Below are positions 17,680 through 26,361 of a stretch of 34,024 bases of DNA, piece after piece. The notes below the pieces were generated by a model. The model was not told the origin of the DNA. It made no database searches and saw only the letters and a list, made by a program, of their open reading frames with translations. The stretch is from Candidatus Altiarchaeales archaeon (GTDB lineage: Archaea > Altiarchaeota > Altiarchaeia > IMC4 > SCGC-AAA252-I15): assembly GCA_014727915.1 (NCBI GenBank), contig WJMO01000003.1, positions 1-34,024 of the forward strand, written 5' to 3'. Each line of letters opens with the position of its first letter. The stretch's first letter is position 1. The translations under genes and the position numbers were made by a program.

Positions 17680-18840
17680 TCAAACCAAAAAAGCACCATA
17701 TACCTTATGAGTCTCTGATGAAATGACATCCCATGTGAACCCTGAGAGGACTCTCTGCCTGGCATTCTCAGACAATCTGGCCAGTAGGGCATCGTCACCC
17801 AAAAGACGGTTTAACGCATCAGCCAATAGGTCGGGGCGCGCAGGCTCCACGAGCAGGCCGTTAACCCCGTCTTCAATCACGTCAGGCACTCCGTCTACGT
17901 TGGAGGCGACGACCGCTCTGCCGACGCTCATAGCCTCCAGCAAGACCAAGGGCATTCCCTCCGACAGTGAGGGAAGCACGAACACATCCGATGAAGCGAA
18001 GAGTGATGGGAGCTCCCTAACATCCCTGAAACCGAGGAATCTGACATTATCCGCGACACCTGCCCTAAGGGCCTGGCCTTCCAGTTCACCCCGTAACGGG
18101 CCATCGCCCACGACGGTTAACTCTACATCGGGGTATGATTCCTTCACCTTCTTCAAGGCCTCGATAAGGTACTTATGACCCTTCTTATCAACAAGCACGC
18201 CTGCAGTTATAATCCTGCGTCCATGAGCTTCTCGGCCCGCATGACAGAAGAGTTCAGGGTCCACGCCGTTGGGTATGAAATGGACCTTAGAACCGTCAAC
18301 GCCCAATTTCTCAAGCCTATCCATCATGCGGGTGTTGACCGCTATGACCGCATCACAGCCATTCAGAACCCAACTACCAATCGAGGCCATGAATCCCGAT
18401 TCGGGCAGGGTGTTAATGTCAAAGCCCTGAAGCGTCAGGACAACGGGCCTGCGCCTGGCTTTCTTAACCAGTACAGCGAGAAAGCCTGACAAAAGCCAGT
18501 GAGCATGCAATATGTCGCATTTACGTGAATGCTTGAAGGCGGAGATCAGATAGGACAGGAGGAAGAATGGCATTTGGAGCATCCCGGACAGTGTCTTAAC
18601 ATTGTACTGTAAACCTCGGTCGTAGGCGACCGAATGCCAAGACTTGAGGGGCATATACTGGAACCTTCGAACTAGAACACCTTCCAAATCCTCGACTGTG
18701 CGAGTATCCCTTCCGTGGGGTGCAAGAACCGAAACGTCCAAACCCCTCATATTCAGTTTTTTGGAGAGGGAGTGGACGAAATTTCCGGCATAGTCGCCAA
18801 CCTCCCGGGGATATGAAGTGGATAGCATCAATACCTTCAT
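17680..18840 (-). CDS. GT4 (GT-B) glycosyltransferase
   Basis: HAHW, IPNGVD, KKG, GDGPLR and FVLPSLSEGMPLVLLEAM (ExxxxxxxE). Confidence 0.95.
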   Translation of the reverse strand: MKVLMLSTSYPREVGDYAGNFVHSLSKKLNMRGLDVSVLAPHGRDTRTVEDLEGVLVRRFQYMPLKSWHSVAYDRGLQYNVKTLSGMLQMPFFLLSYLISAFKHSRKCDILHAHWLLSGFLAVLVKKARRRPVVLTLQGFDINTLPESGFMASIGSWVLNGCDAVIAVNTRMMDRLEKLGVDGSKVHFIPNGVDPELFCHAGREAHGRRIITAGVLVDKKGHKYLIEALKKVKESYPDVELTVVGDGPLRGELEGQALRAGVADNVRFLGFRDVRELPSLFASSDVFVLPSLSEGMPLVLLEAMSVGRAVVASNVDGVPDVIEDGVNGLLVEPARPDLLADALNRLLGDDALLARLSENARQRVLSGFTWDVISSETHKVYGAFLV

Positions 18841-19769
18841 TTTCTGGCGGACTCCATGTCGAATAACATGGCGAAAAATAGCGACTGCAATCCTGTTATT
18901 ATCAAAAACATAGGTAAGAACGCGCTGGAAGCCGTTATAGCGCCCACCTTTATCCTAACAAAAAGCATGTAGAAACCTGTAAGAATGCCAAGAGGCAGTA
19001 GTGTTAGACCGAGGAAGTAGAAGAACACAAGAGGATGGAGAGCCTTTAGAACATACTTTTCCTTTAGCCTCCAGAAGAATCCTCGGAAGAGAAGCCATGA
19101 GACTGACGGGATATAGTTCCATAGTCTTATCTTGGACTTCTCCTCGCCATATATTGGAGGCATAACAACGTCTATTACCCTGAGATTGTATGTGTTCATC
19201 TTTATCAGCATGTCATTGGGGTATCCATATCGGGGATATATCGTGTCCAAGGGCAGGGTCTCCAGGACATCCGAGGTTAAGGCTGTGAACCCATTCTGGG
19301 GATCCATTATATCCCAGTATCCAGAGGACACTTTGGTTAGGAGTGTGAGGATTGAATTTCCGAAAAGTCGCAGCAGGGGCATATTCGACCTGGCCTTGGT
19401 GCTCATCAGACGGTTGCCTTTGGCATAGTCGGCCTTTCCGTCAACGAGAGGGTCCAAAAGCTTGGATAATTGGATTGGGTCCATCTGGTTGTCTCCGGCC
19501 ATGACGACTACAAGTTCATATCCCGAATCCAGAGAAGCCCTATATCCAGAGAGTATCGCAGACCCGACACCCTGGTTCCCCTCATGTGATATTATTGTCA
19601 GATTGGGTAGATTCAACTTTTCCGCTTCATCCACAGTACCGTCCGTGCTTCCATCATCAACGAGAAATATCCGGTCAACATAGTCTGGTATTCGGGTCAA
19701 AGTCGTCGAAATTAGGTCCTGCTCGTTATATGCTGGGACGACAACAGCTAGCGACTTATCACGGTACAT
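18837..19769 (-). CDS. GT2 glycosyltransferase, polyprenol-phosphate sugar synthase-like, with two C-terminal TM helices
   Basis: VVVPAYNE, VDDGSTDGT, NQGVG, MAGDNQMDP, DPQNGF; hydrophobic C-terminal pair. Confidence 0.92.
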   Translation of the reverse strand: MYRDKSLAVVVPAYNEQDLISTTLTRIPDYVDRIFLVDDGSTDGTVDEAEKLNLPNLTIISHEGNQGVGSAILSGYRASLDSGYELVVVMAGDNQMDPIQLSKLLDPLVDGKADYAKGNRLMSTKARSNMPLLRLFGNSILTLLTKVSSGYWDIMDPQNGFTALTSDVLETLPLDTIYPRYGYPNDMLIKMNTYNLRVIDVVMPPIYGEEKSKIRLWNYIPSVSWLLFRGFFWRLKEKYVLKALHPLVFFYFLGLTLLPLGILTGFYMLFVRIKVGAITASSAFLPMFLIITGLQSLFFAMLFDMESARK

Positions 19770-19835
19770 GAAAACACCTGGAATCCTAAATCCTTTGACA
19801 TTAATAATTATAAGCGAGAATATATACTGTTTTAT

Positions 19836-20744
19836 ATGAGTATAAGCAGGTTAGAGTGGAAACACTTTTTTTCCCTGTTAAAGGTACTGATACTATTGCT
19901 CACAGTACGTTATCTTATACAATATGCCTTAGATTATGACATACCCAAGCTCATAAACCAGTCATCGGCGGAATATCTGGCTGTGGCATTCACACTGTTG
20001 CTTGTGAATTACTTTCTTCAGATTAGGCTGCTTATGATATTCTCCAGGGGAAAGCTGACTTTCATGGACTCGTTCTATGTTGAATTCTACACGATGCTGA
20101 TGAACACTAGCATAATGTCTTCATTTTTCTCCGTTCAGAAGATAGCCTTCCTTAACCAGAGGATAAAGAACCTGAGGGAGTCCATGCAGTTGTTCATAAA
20201 ACCGATGGCATTCGGGGTATGCATAAGGATGGCATTCATATTGGTCTCAGGCGTGGGGGCATACCAGGGTATTGCTGCTGCCATTATAGCGTCCGCAGGA
20301 TTGGCAGGTTTTTTCTTGATTATGGTATATGGCCCGAAGAGGAGGTATGTCGAGAGGGTCACGGGCCTTCCCGCAAAAAAAACCATCCAGGTGGGAGCCA
20401 TCATATCATCCGAGATAAGTCTGATATCAATAGCTTTCTTCTGCATTCTGGCTTCGCTGACTGACAGCGATTTGCATGTGTTTAATGTGGTCTTTTCTGA
20501 GGGTGTTGGGTATATGTCAGGGTTTTTCTCTCCGCTGCCATCAGGGCTGGGAGTCAGAGAGTTCGTACTGACCGAGCTTAATTCGGTGATGGGCATCTCG
20601 AAGGAAGTTGCATTTGCCGCAGCCATACTATACAGGTTCGTAATATTTGCCGATCAGGTATTAGCAGGTGTTTTACTGATCCTTTCGACAAAAGCATTTA
20701 AAAGACTAAGGAAGCCGGGCGTTAAGGGGATGGTTAGGTCTTAA
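19836..20744 (+). CDS. Second UPF0104 flippase-like membrane protein (divergent, AT-rich)
   Basis: PLPSGLGVREFVL...AAAILYRF motif; polytopic. Confidence 0.75.
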   Translation: MSISRLEWKHFFSLLKVLILLLTVRYLIQYALDYDIPKLINQSSAEYLAVAFTLLLVNYFLQIRLLMIFSRGKLTFMDSFYVEFYTMLMNTSIMSSFFSVQKIAFLNQRIKNLRESMQLFIKPMAFGVCIRMAFILVSGVGAYQGIAAAIIASAGLAGFFLIMVYGPKRRYVERVTGLPAKKTIQVGAIISSEISLISIAFFCILASLTDSDLHVFNVVFSEGVGYMSGFFSPLPSGLGVREFVLTELNSVMGISKEVAFAAAILYRFVIFADQVLAGVLLILSTKAFKRLRKPGVKGMVRS

Positions 20745-20777
20745 AATCGACAGGGGGTGAGACCAGAGATAACACCA

Positions 20778-21545
20778 CTATCTCAAGTAGAGTTTATCGG
20801 CCAGTTTCTTCCCATCCCTCAACGAGCAGTATAGGGGGTTTGAACTCAAGTATCCGTCCATGACATCCGCGTAATCCAAAAGAAGTTTTGAGAATAGAAC
20901 ATGGTAGGCGTCACCATTTGCTGTGTAATGGAAGGGGTGGAGAGAGACTTGGATGGTGTTTTCCCTTGCGCCCTTCACGAACTCATAGGGGTCCTTACCA
21001 TGGAAGCACATATGCGTATCTGATAGGTACAGGTCATCGGAGAAAATTCTATCATCATATGCATTTCGGTAACCATCGAAGAGGGGGTATTCACCGCCCA
21101 CGGACGGATTATGGAGGCTGACAGAAGTGGGTCTTTCACCTGTTATGGACTCCAGAAGTCCGGCTTCATAGTCCAGCTTCTCCGCCAAGGCCTGATTATC
21201 GTGTCCAGGGTATTGGGAGGGGTCAAAATGTACGCCTACCTCAAAGCCGGCACTTGAGATTTCACGGATTATGCTCTGGTTCTCTGAGGAGAGTGCGTTG
21301 TAAAGGGGACAATTCACCATTATGAAGAAAGAGGATGTGACATTGCATTCCCTTTCAATGAGGAATAGTCTACGGGCAGAGCGCATATTAAAGTCAACAT
21401 CATGCCTGAGGACGATGGCATTGTTCCCATCCCATCCGTCCAGGGATGTTACCTCAGATGTGTTTTTCATGTGTTCTATGAAATCGCGCAGTTTTTCGTA
21501 TTTGAAAAAATCAGCGAGGCCGCCATTCCCATGCGGTTCAGCCAT
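20778..21545 (-). CDS. Polysaccharide-deacetylase-like (NodB/CE4 fold, WbmS-like) protein
   Basis: LRHDVD, FEVGVHFD, SLHNP, YLSD and SLHPFHY motifs. Confidence 0.7.
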   Translation of the reverse strand: MAEPHGNGGLADFFKYEKLRDFIEHMKNTSEVTSLDGWDGNNAIVLRHDVDFNMRSARRLFLIERECNVTSSFFIMVNCPLYNALSSENQSIIREISSAGFEVGVHFDPSQYPGHDNQALAEKLDYEAGLLESITGERPTSVSLHNPSVGGEYPLFDGYRNAYDDRIFSDDLYLSDTHMCFHGKDPYEFVKGARENTIQVSLHPFHYTANGDAYHVLFSKLLLDYADVMDGYLSSNPLYCSLRDGKKLADKLYLR

Positions 21546-21608
21546 TATTGACTATTTTATTATCTGTTAATAAAGTCGGGGAATAGTATGTCCCGCAATA
21601 CATGTGAT

Positions 21609-22577
21609 TCATAGCCGCGTGTGAAGCTCCCCGAACATGCCTGTGTCAAGGTAGAATGTCTTCCAGTAATCACAGTTGCTGCATGGGCTCTCGTCCGATA
21701 TCCGGGAATTCATGTGTTTCTCACGAATAGCAGAGTATCTTTTGCTCTTCCATAGCTTGGATATGGAATCCCGGTTAACATCGCCCATGGCTTCTTTCCT
21801 ATCCCAGTCGTGGTTGCATATCGCAACCTCTCCGTTCCAGTATATGACAATGTCGGTTATCACCTTGGGGCAGGGAAAGCGGCATGGGAACACCGGGACT
21901 TCGGACTGGTCAACGCCGCCGCCGAAGCCTCCATTCTTGGAATGTTCCTTGTATATCCGGACACGATCGACCTTTGATGTCCAAAAATCGACGAAATCTC
22001 CGACATCATCCTTTGTGACCTCTGTTTCAACTAGTGAAACCTGTGTTTCTGGCAATGAAAGGCCAAGTTCCTCCCTGCGCTGACTAAAGTAGAGTATGTT
22101 GGACATGACTTTTTTGTATTCTGCCCCTTTTCGTTGCCTCGCATAGTTTTCCTCTGACGAGGCATCTATGCTGAAGGATATGAACTTAATCCCGGTTCCA
22201 AGTATGAAATCCGACATTTCCCTGTCGAGCAGTGTGGCATTTGTCGCAAGGCTTATGTCCTTCAAGCCATTACCAGCAGCATATTGTAGTATGCGTTTGA
22301 AGTCTGGGTGTAGTAGGGACTCCCCTCTGAAGAATAGCACAACCTTTGTGCTAATGTCCTCGGACAGTATCTCATCCATTATTTTACGGTATAAACCGAA
22401 GTCAAGGTAACCCCTTTCAGATGCCATGCTTTTCCTAGGGCACATGCTACAATTGAGGTTGCATTCATTGGTCAGTTCGACAGTAACCCTATCAGGAAAC
22501 CGAGAGAGTTTTGGGTCCCTGTCGAATTCCCTGAATCTATCAGTCCAGTATTCGACCTTCTCGCTGTCAAGATTCAT
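21609..22577 (-). CDS. Radical SAM protein with SPASM/twitch auxiliary-cluster domain
   Basis: CNLNCSMC (CxxxCxxC), GESLLHP, TNATLL, SIDA; C-terminal C...NGEVAIC...D...GDV...LW...CSNC. Confidence 0.92.
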   Translation of the reverse strand: MNLDSEKVEYWTDRFREFDRDPKLSRFPDRVTVELTNECNLNCSMCPRKSMASERGYLDFGLYRKIMDEILSEDISTKVVLFFRGESLLHPDFKRILQYAAGNGLKDISLATNATLLDREMSDFILGTGIKFISFSIDASSEENYARQRKGAEYKKVMSNILYFSQRREELGLSLPETQVSLVETEVTKDDVGDFVDFWTSKVDRVRIYKEHSKNGGFGGGVDQSEVPVFPCRFPCPKVITDIVIYWNGEVAICNHDWDRKEAMGDVNRDSISKLWKSKRYSAIREKHMNSRISDESPCSNCDYWKTFYLDTGMFGELHTRL

Positions 22578-23679
22578 CTTCTACTGCACCAACCAATGCC
22601 TCCACAACCGTTCTCTGGTCTCCCTCAGACAGTCCGAGATGGAGGGGGAGCGAGACACTGTTCCGGAAAAGACGCTCAGAGTTGCTAAGAGATGACCTGG
22701 AAGGAGCATCCTTGAAGAATGGCTGTAGGTGAAGCGCATAGGTCCCTATTTGAAGCTCTATCCCCTCTTTCCTCAGCCTTCTTATGACCTTGTCCCGGAT
22801 ACCATCTATACCGAGGAGTATGCAGTAGGTCTGGTAAGTATGGCGCACTTTACCTGTGGAGGAGGGGACTGAACACCAATCCAACCCATCCAGTAGTCCA
22901 TCATAGGTTCTCGCCATCCTTATGCGCTCTGATATCATGTCCTCGACCTTCTTCATCTGTTCAACGCCTATGGCGGATAATACGTCGCTCAGCTTATAGT
23001 TAACGCCCAAATGCCTGAACTCTGTTGTGAATCCATCGCCTGAAGGCCTGCCTCCGAACCTCTTGTAAAGCCTTGCCTTATCTGCGATATCATCGTTTTC
23101 TGTTACTAGCATGCCACCTTCCCCGGTGGTTATAAGTTTCCGGGGGTGGAAGCTGAAACATGTAACATCCGCGAAACAGCCTACTTTTCTGCCTTTAATT
23201 TCAGCTCCAAGCGAGCACGCAGCATCCTCGACCACGGACAGTTCATTCTCAGATGCGAGATCATACACCTCGGGGTCTATCGGATTGCCGAATAGCGAGA
23301 CCGGCAGGATGCATTTGGTGCTTCCTGTCAGGGAAGACCTTGCTGAGGCAACATCGATATTGTACGATTCAAGGTTGACATCAACCAGGACAGGGTCAGC
23401 ACCGACTATCCGAACAGCATCCGCAGTAGCGGGATAGGTGTAGTCTGGGACAACAACCTCGTCTCCAGGTCCGACACCCAAAGCCCTCAGCGCAACCTCC
23501 AATGCTGAAGTGCATGAGGTGAAAGCTATCCCATGACCGACACCCACATAAGAGGCTACCCTTGCCTCGAATTCCCTGGTTACCTCTCCTTCGGTCAGGT
23601 AGCCGGAATCCAGGACTTTTTTAACAGCCTTGTATTCAGCATCTCCCAGCGAAGGACCTGCTAACGATATTTTTCTCAT
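22567..23679 (-). CDS. DegT/DnrJ/EryC1/StrS PLP-dependent sugar aminotransferase
   Basis: TSCTSALE, VEDAACSLG, FSFHPRKLITTGEGGM (PLP lysine), GVNYKLSD. ATG at 23679 (MRKISLAG), just after the asnB-like stop, preferred over 23766. Confidence 0.95.
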   Translation of the reverse strand: MRKISLAGPSLGDAEYKAVKKVLDSGYLTEGEVTREFEARVASYVGVGHGIAFTSCTSALEVALRALGVGPGDEVVVPDYTYPATADAVRIVGADPVLVDVNLESYNIDVASARSSLTGSTKCILPVSLFGNPIDPEVYDLASENELSVVEDAACSLGAEIKGRKVGCFADVTCFSFHPRKLITTGEGGMLVTENDDIADKARLYKRFGGRPSGDGFTTEFRHLGVNYKLSDVLSAIGVEQMKKVEDMISERIRMARTYDGLLDGLDWCSVPSSTGKVRHTYQTYCILLGIDGIRDKVIRRLRKEGIELQIGTYALHLQPFFKDAPSRSSLSNSERLFRNSVSLPLHLGLSEGDQRTVVEALVGAVEDES

Positions 23680-23680
23680 A

Positions 23681-25582
23681 TTACTTGACCTTTGGCTTCC
23701 TAGGATCCCCCACAATGTACATGTTATACCATATCTCTGCGGCATAAAGGCTCCATATGAGGTCATAGTGCAGCCTTAGACGCGGGTTGGGGACCTCACC
23801 CAGTATCTTATCAAAGTATTCCTTCTTTATGAGCTTGTCGGATACTAGGCTTCCGTCTGGAAGAGCCTGCTTGGCCAGGTCTCTCAACTCACGTATGTAG
23901 GTGTCCATAGTGTTAGAAGCAAACCCCCTTTTCTCCTTCATGAGTACCTTTTTGGGTATTATGTCCTTAACTGCCTTGCGCAGTATGCTCTTCCCATTAG
24001 GGTCTGCGAGCTTTATTTCCGCAGGCATCTGGAATGACAGCTCAAGAAGGTCGTTTTCTAGGAAGGGGACTCGCGACTCCACGGAATTAGCGTTGGACAT
24101 GCGGTCATCCACAAGGAGGAAGTCATCAGGCAGCTTGACCATGAAGTCTGCCTTGAACACTTTGTCTATAAAAGTCCCCCTGCCGGAAAAGTACTTTTCA
24201 TATTCCAAGCGGACGGGATTAAGCTCTTTGGACATAAGCTTGCTCCCATATATCTTACAGAGATATTCGTCATTTAAAACCCGGTCGAGAGTCTGTGTGA
24301 TTAGGTATTGGTCTGTGTTATCTCCCAGGTAACGCACGGAATCCAGGTAATCTAGCTCGTCATCGTCAACTAGGCTCCCATACTTGGTTTGGAACTTAAT
24401 AAGCTTTTCGGCCGCCCTAGCGACCGCAGACCTTTCACGGGGGGTTATCCTGGACCTGATCCTATCTATCTTTGCAACATAGTTGTATTTGAATATGTAG
24501 CCTGCGAAGACTTCATCTCCGCCTATGCCACCTAGGACACACTTCACCTTCTTTGAGGCTAGTTCGTAGAGGTAGTATGGGTAGAGGTTCCTTTTGGGCT
24601 CGTCAGCGTACCATATCATCTTGGGGTACTCCTTGATCAGATCCTCCTCCTTTACAAGCTCGTGATGGTTTGTGCCGTATTCCTCAGCGACCAGCCGGGC
24701 ATCCTCGACCTCGTCTTCCGGATTGCCGAAACCCATGCTAAATGTGTTGATGTTTTCACTGGTGTTTCTGCTTGCTAAGGCGACTATCGTCGTGGAGTCA
24801 ATGCCGCCTGAAAGGCATATCCCAAAGGGGACGTCACAGACCATATGGCGCCTAACAGATTCCTCGAGTATTTTCCGAGTGCGTTTCACATAATATGACT
24901 CAGTATGGCTATCACCCCCCAGGGTAGGACTCCAATATCTGAGAGATTTTATGCTCCCATCCTCCCAGACCATCAGATTACCAGGTAGAAGGCGCTTAAC
25001 GCCCTTGAACATTGTGTTCTCTCCGGGAACGTATCTCAGGTTGATATAGTAGTGGAATGAGCGCATATCAACTTCCCGCCTCAACCCAGGATGTTGTAGA
25101 AGAGACTTGATTTCGGAAGCGAATAAAAAAGTTCCGCCAACCCAGGCATAATGAAGGGGCTTTATCCCGGACCGGTCCCTCGCCATAAGCAGCCGCTCAT
25201 CCCGAGAGTCCCAGAGGGCAAATGCGAACATTCCGTCGAACATTCGGACACATTCGTCCCCGTATTCCTCGTAGGCATGGACTATGACTTCCGTGTCAGA
25301 GTTGGATTTGAACGAATGACCCTTGGATTCCAGAGTTTCCCTCAACTGCATGAAATTGACTATCTCGCCGTTGTAGGAAACCCATATGTCGCCCTCCTCG
25401 TTGCACAATGGCTGATTCGCAGACGGGGACAGGTCTATTATGCTTAACCTGGTGTGGCCCAAACCAACATCTTTGTCCAAGTAGATGCCCTTGTTGTCAG
25501 GGCCCCTATGGGAGATAACAGAGGACATATCCTTAAGCAGCTTACGGTCGCCAGACCCGACAAAACCACACACTCCACACAT
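23681..25582 (-). CDS. asnB: Asparagine synthase (glutamine-hydrolysing) family amidotransferase, probably sugar-amidating
   Basis: N-terminal MCGVCG (Cys2 nucleophile), HRGPD, RLSIIDL, NGEI, LSGGIDS, GGDEVFAGY, ESRVPFL; located in a glycan cluster. Confidence 0.9.
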   Translation of the reverse strand: MCGVCGFVGSGDRKLLKDMSSVISHRGPDNKGIYLDKDVGLGHTRLSIIDLSPSANQPLCNEEGDIWVSYNGEIVNFMQLRETLESKGHSFKSNSDTEVIVHAYEEYGDECVRMFDGMFAFALWDSRDERLLMARDRSGIKPLHYAWVGGTFLFASEIKSLLQHPGLRREVDMRSFHYYINLRYVPGENTMFKGVKRLLPGNLMVWEDGSIKSLRYWSPTLGGDSHTESYYVKRTRKILEESVRRHMVCDVPFGICLSGGIDSTTIVALASRNTSENINTFSMGFGNPEDEVEDARLVAEEYGTNHHELVKEEDLIKEYPKMIWYADEPKRNLYPYYLYELASKKVKCVLGGIGGDEVFAGYIFKYNYVAKIDRIRSRITPRERSAVARAAEKLIKFQTKYGSLVDDDELDYLDSVRYLGDNTDQYLITQTLDRVLNDEYLCKIYGSKLMSKELNPVRLEYEKYFSGRGTFIDKVFKADFMVKLPDDFLLVDDRMSNANSVESRVPFLENDLLELSFQMPAEIKLADPNGKSILRKAVKDIIPKKVLMKEKRGFASNTMDTYIRELRDLAKQALPDGSLVSDKLIKKEYFDKILGEVPNPRLRLHYDLIWSLYAAEIWYNMYIVGDPRKPKVK

Positions 25583-25694
25583 CCTAGAGATTAATGAATT
25601 TTAGGATTAAAATAACCAGGTTCCGCATATGGCTCCTCGAATAAGTTATAACGCCCAAACACTGCATTTATTCGACATAATCCACGATTAAACG

Positions 25695-26004
25695 AGTATT
25701 TAAATAACCTGATTTAATATCTTATAACTGGTTGGTTGATTTTCTCGTATGAAAAATTGAGGTGAAAAACATGTTCGGAAGAAGAGGACAGGGTGCTATG
25801 GAGTACCTTATGACATATGGCTGGGCCATACTTGTGGTCATGGTCGTTGGGATTGCAATGTGGCGGCTGGGCATATTTAACATGGGCGGCACAACAGTGA
25901 CATCCACTGGATTCGCCAAGATAAAGCCGCAGCTGGCAGGAACCGGGATTGACACGGCAGGCACGTTCAAGGGCATATTCACGAACGGCGTCGGCACGAC
26001 GATA
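25695..26004 (+). repeat. Diverged direct repeat, copy 2 (pilin promoter, leader and 5' coding region)
   Basis: Homologous to 12809..13131; TATA-like TTTAAATA at 25699-25706. Confidence 0.85.
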
Positions 26005-26304
26005 ACCATAAGGGGCGTGAGTGTCTCAAGCTCCACCGGCGCAACGTGTCCTGGAGATCAGTGCGCAACAGCCAACAGCGATGTGACCCAGGCAGAGATG
26101 GCCGGGGCAGGGCAGGACATATCCGCAGGAGAGAACTTCTACATCGAGCTGATCTGCGGCGGCGTAGGAGCCTGCGGTAACATCGGCGGCGATAGAGGGG
26201 AAGTGTATGATGTGACGGTCGGCATCACCTACGATGTGTCAATAGGAACGTCATCACCACTCCAGCACACTGAGTCAGGAACCATTAGAGGCCCCTACGA
26301 GTAA
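25771..26304 (+). CDS. Archaeal type IV pilin 2 (paralog of pilin 1)
   Basis: MFGRRG|QGAMEYLMTYGWAIL; 69 of the first 78 residues identical to pilin 1 by manual alignment. Confidence 0.92.
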   Translation: MFGRRGQGAMEYLMTYGWAILVVMVVGIAMWRLGIFNMGGTTVTSTGFAKIKPQLAGTGIDTAGTFKGIFTNGVGTTITIRGVSVSSSTGATCPGDQCATANSDVTQAEMAGAGQDISAGENFYIELICGGVGACGNIGGDRGEVYDVTVGITYDVSIGTSSPLQHTESGTIRGPYE

Positions 26305-26314
26305 AGCCTCTAAC

Positions 26315-26340
26315 TTTCCTTCTTTTTCTTTTTTATTATT
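26315..26340 (+). terminator. Oligo-T terminator after pilin 2
   Basis: TTTCCTTCTTTTTCTTTTTTATTATT about 10 nt after the stop codon. Confidence 0.6.
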
Positions 26341-26361
26341 ATCTCTGGGTAATGTATTTAC

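Noticed and set aside
20375-20382. A8 tract (also T7 at 19866-19872 and C7 at 1804-1810) as phase-variation switches
   Set aside because: The tracts are short, the reading frames are intact, and a single sequence gives no evidence of length variation.
23680-23766. N-terminal extensions from the ORF track (here, and at 6703, 8072 and 12823)
   Set aside because: They overlap neighbouring genes or promoter DNA; downstream ATGs give better RBS context or family-typical N-termini.
23681-25582. Housekeeping asparagine biosynthesis role
   Set aside because: Tight coupling to a sugar aminotransferase inside a glycan cluster favours glycan amidation; the symbol marks the family only.
13409-25582. 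Transposon or integrative element
   Set aside because: No integrase, transposase, terminal inverted repeats or tRNA attachment site were seen; any mobility would have to be by homologous recombination.
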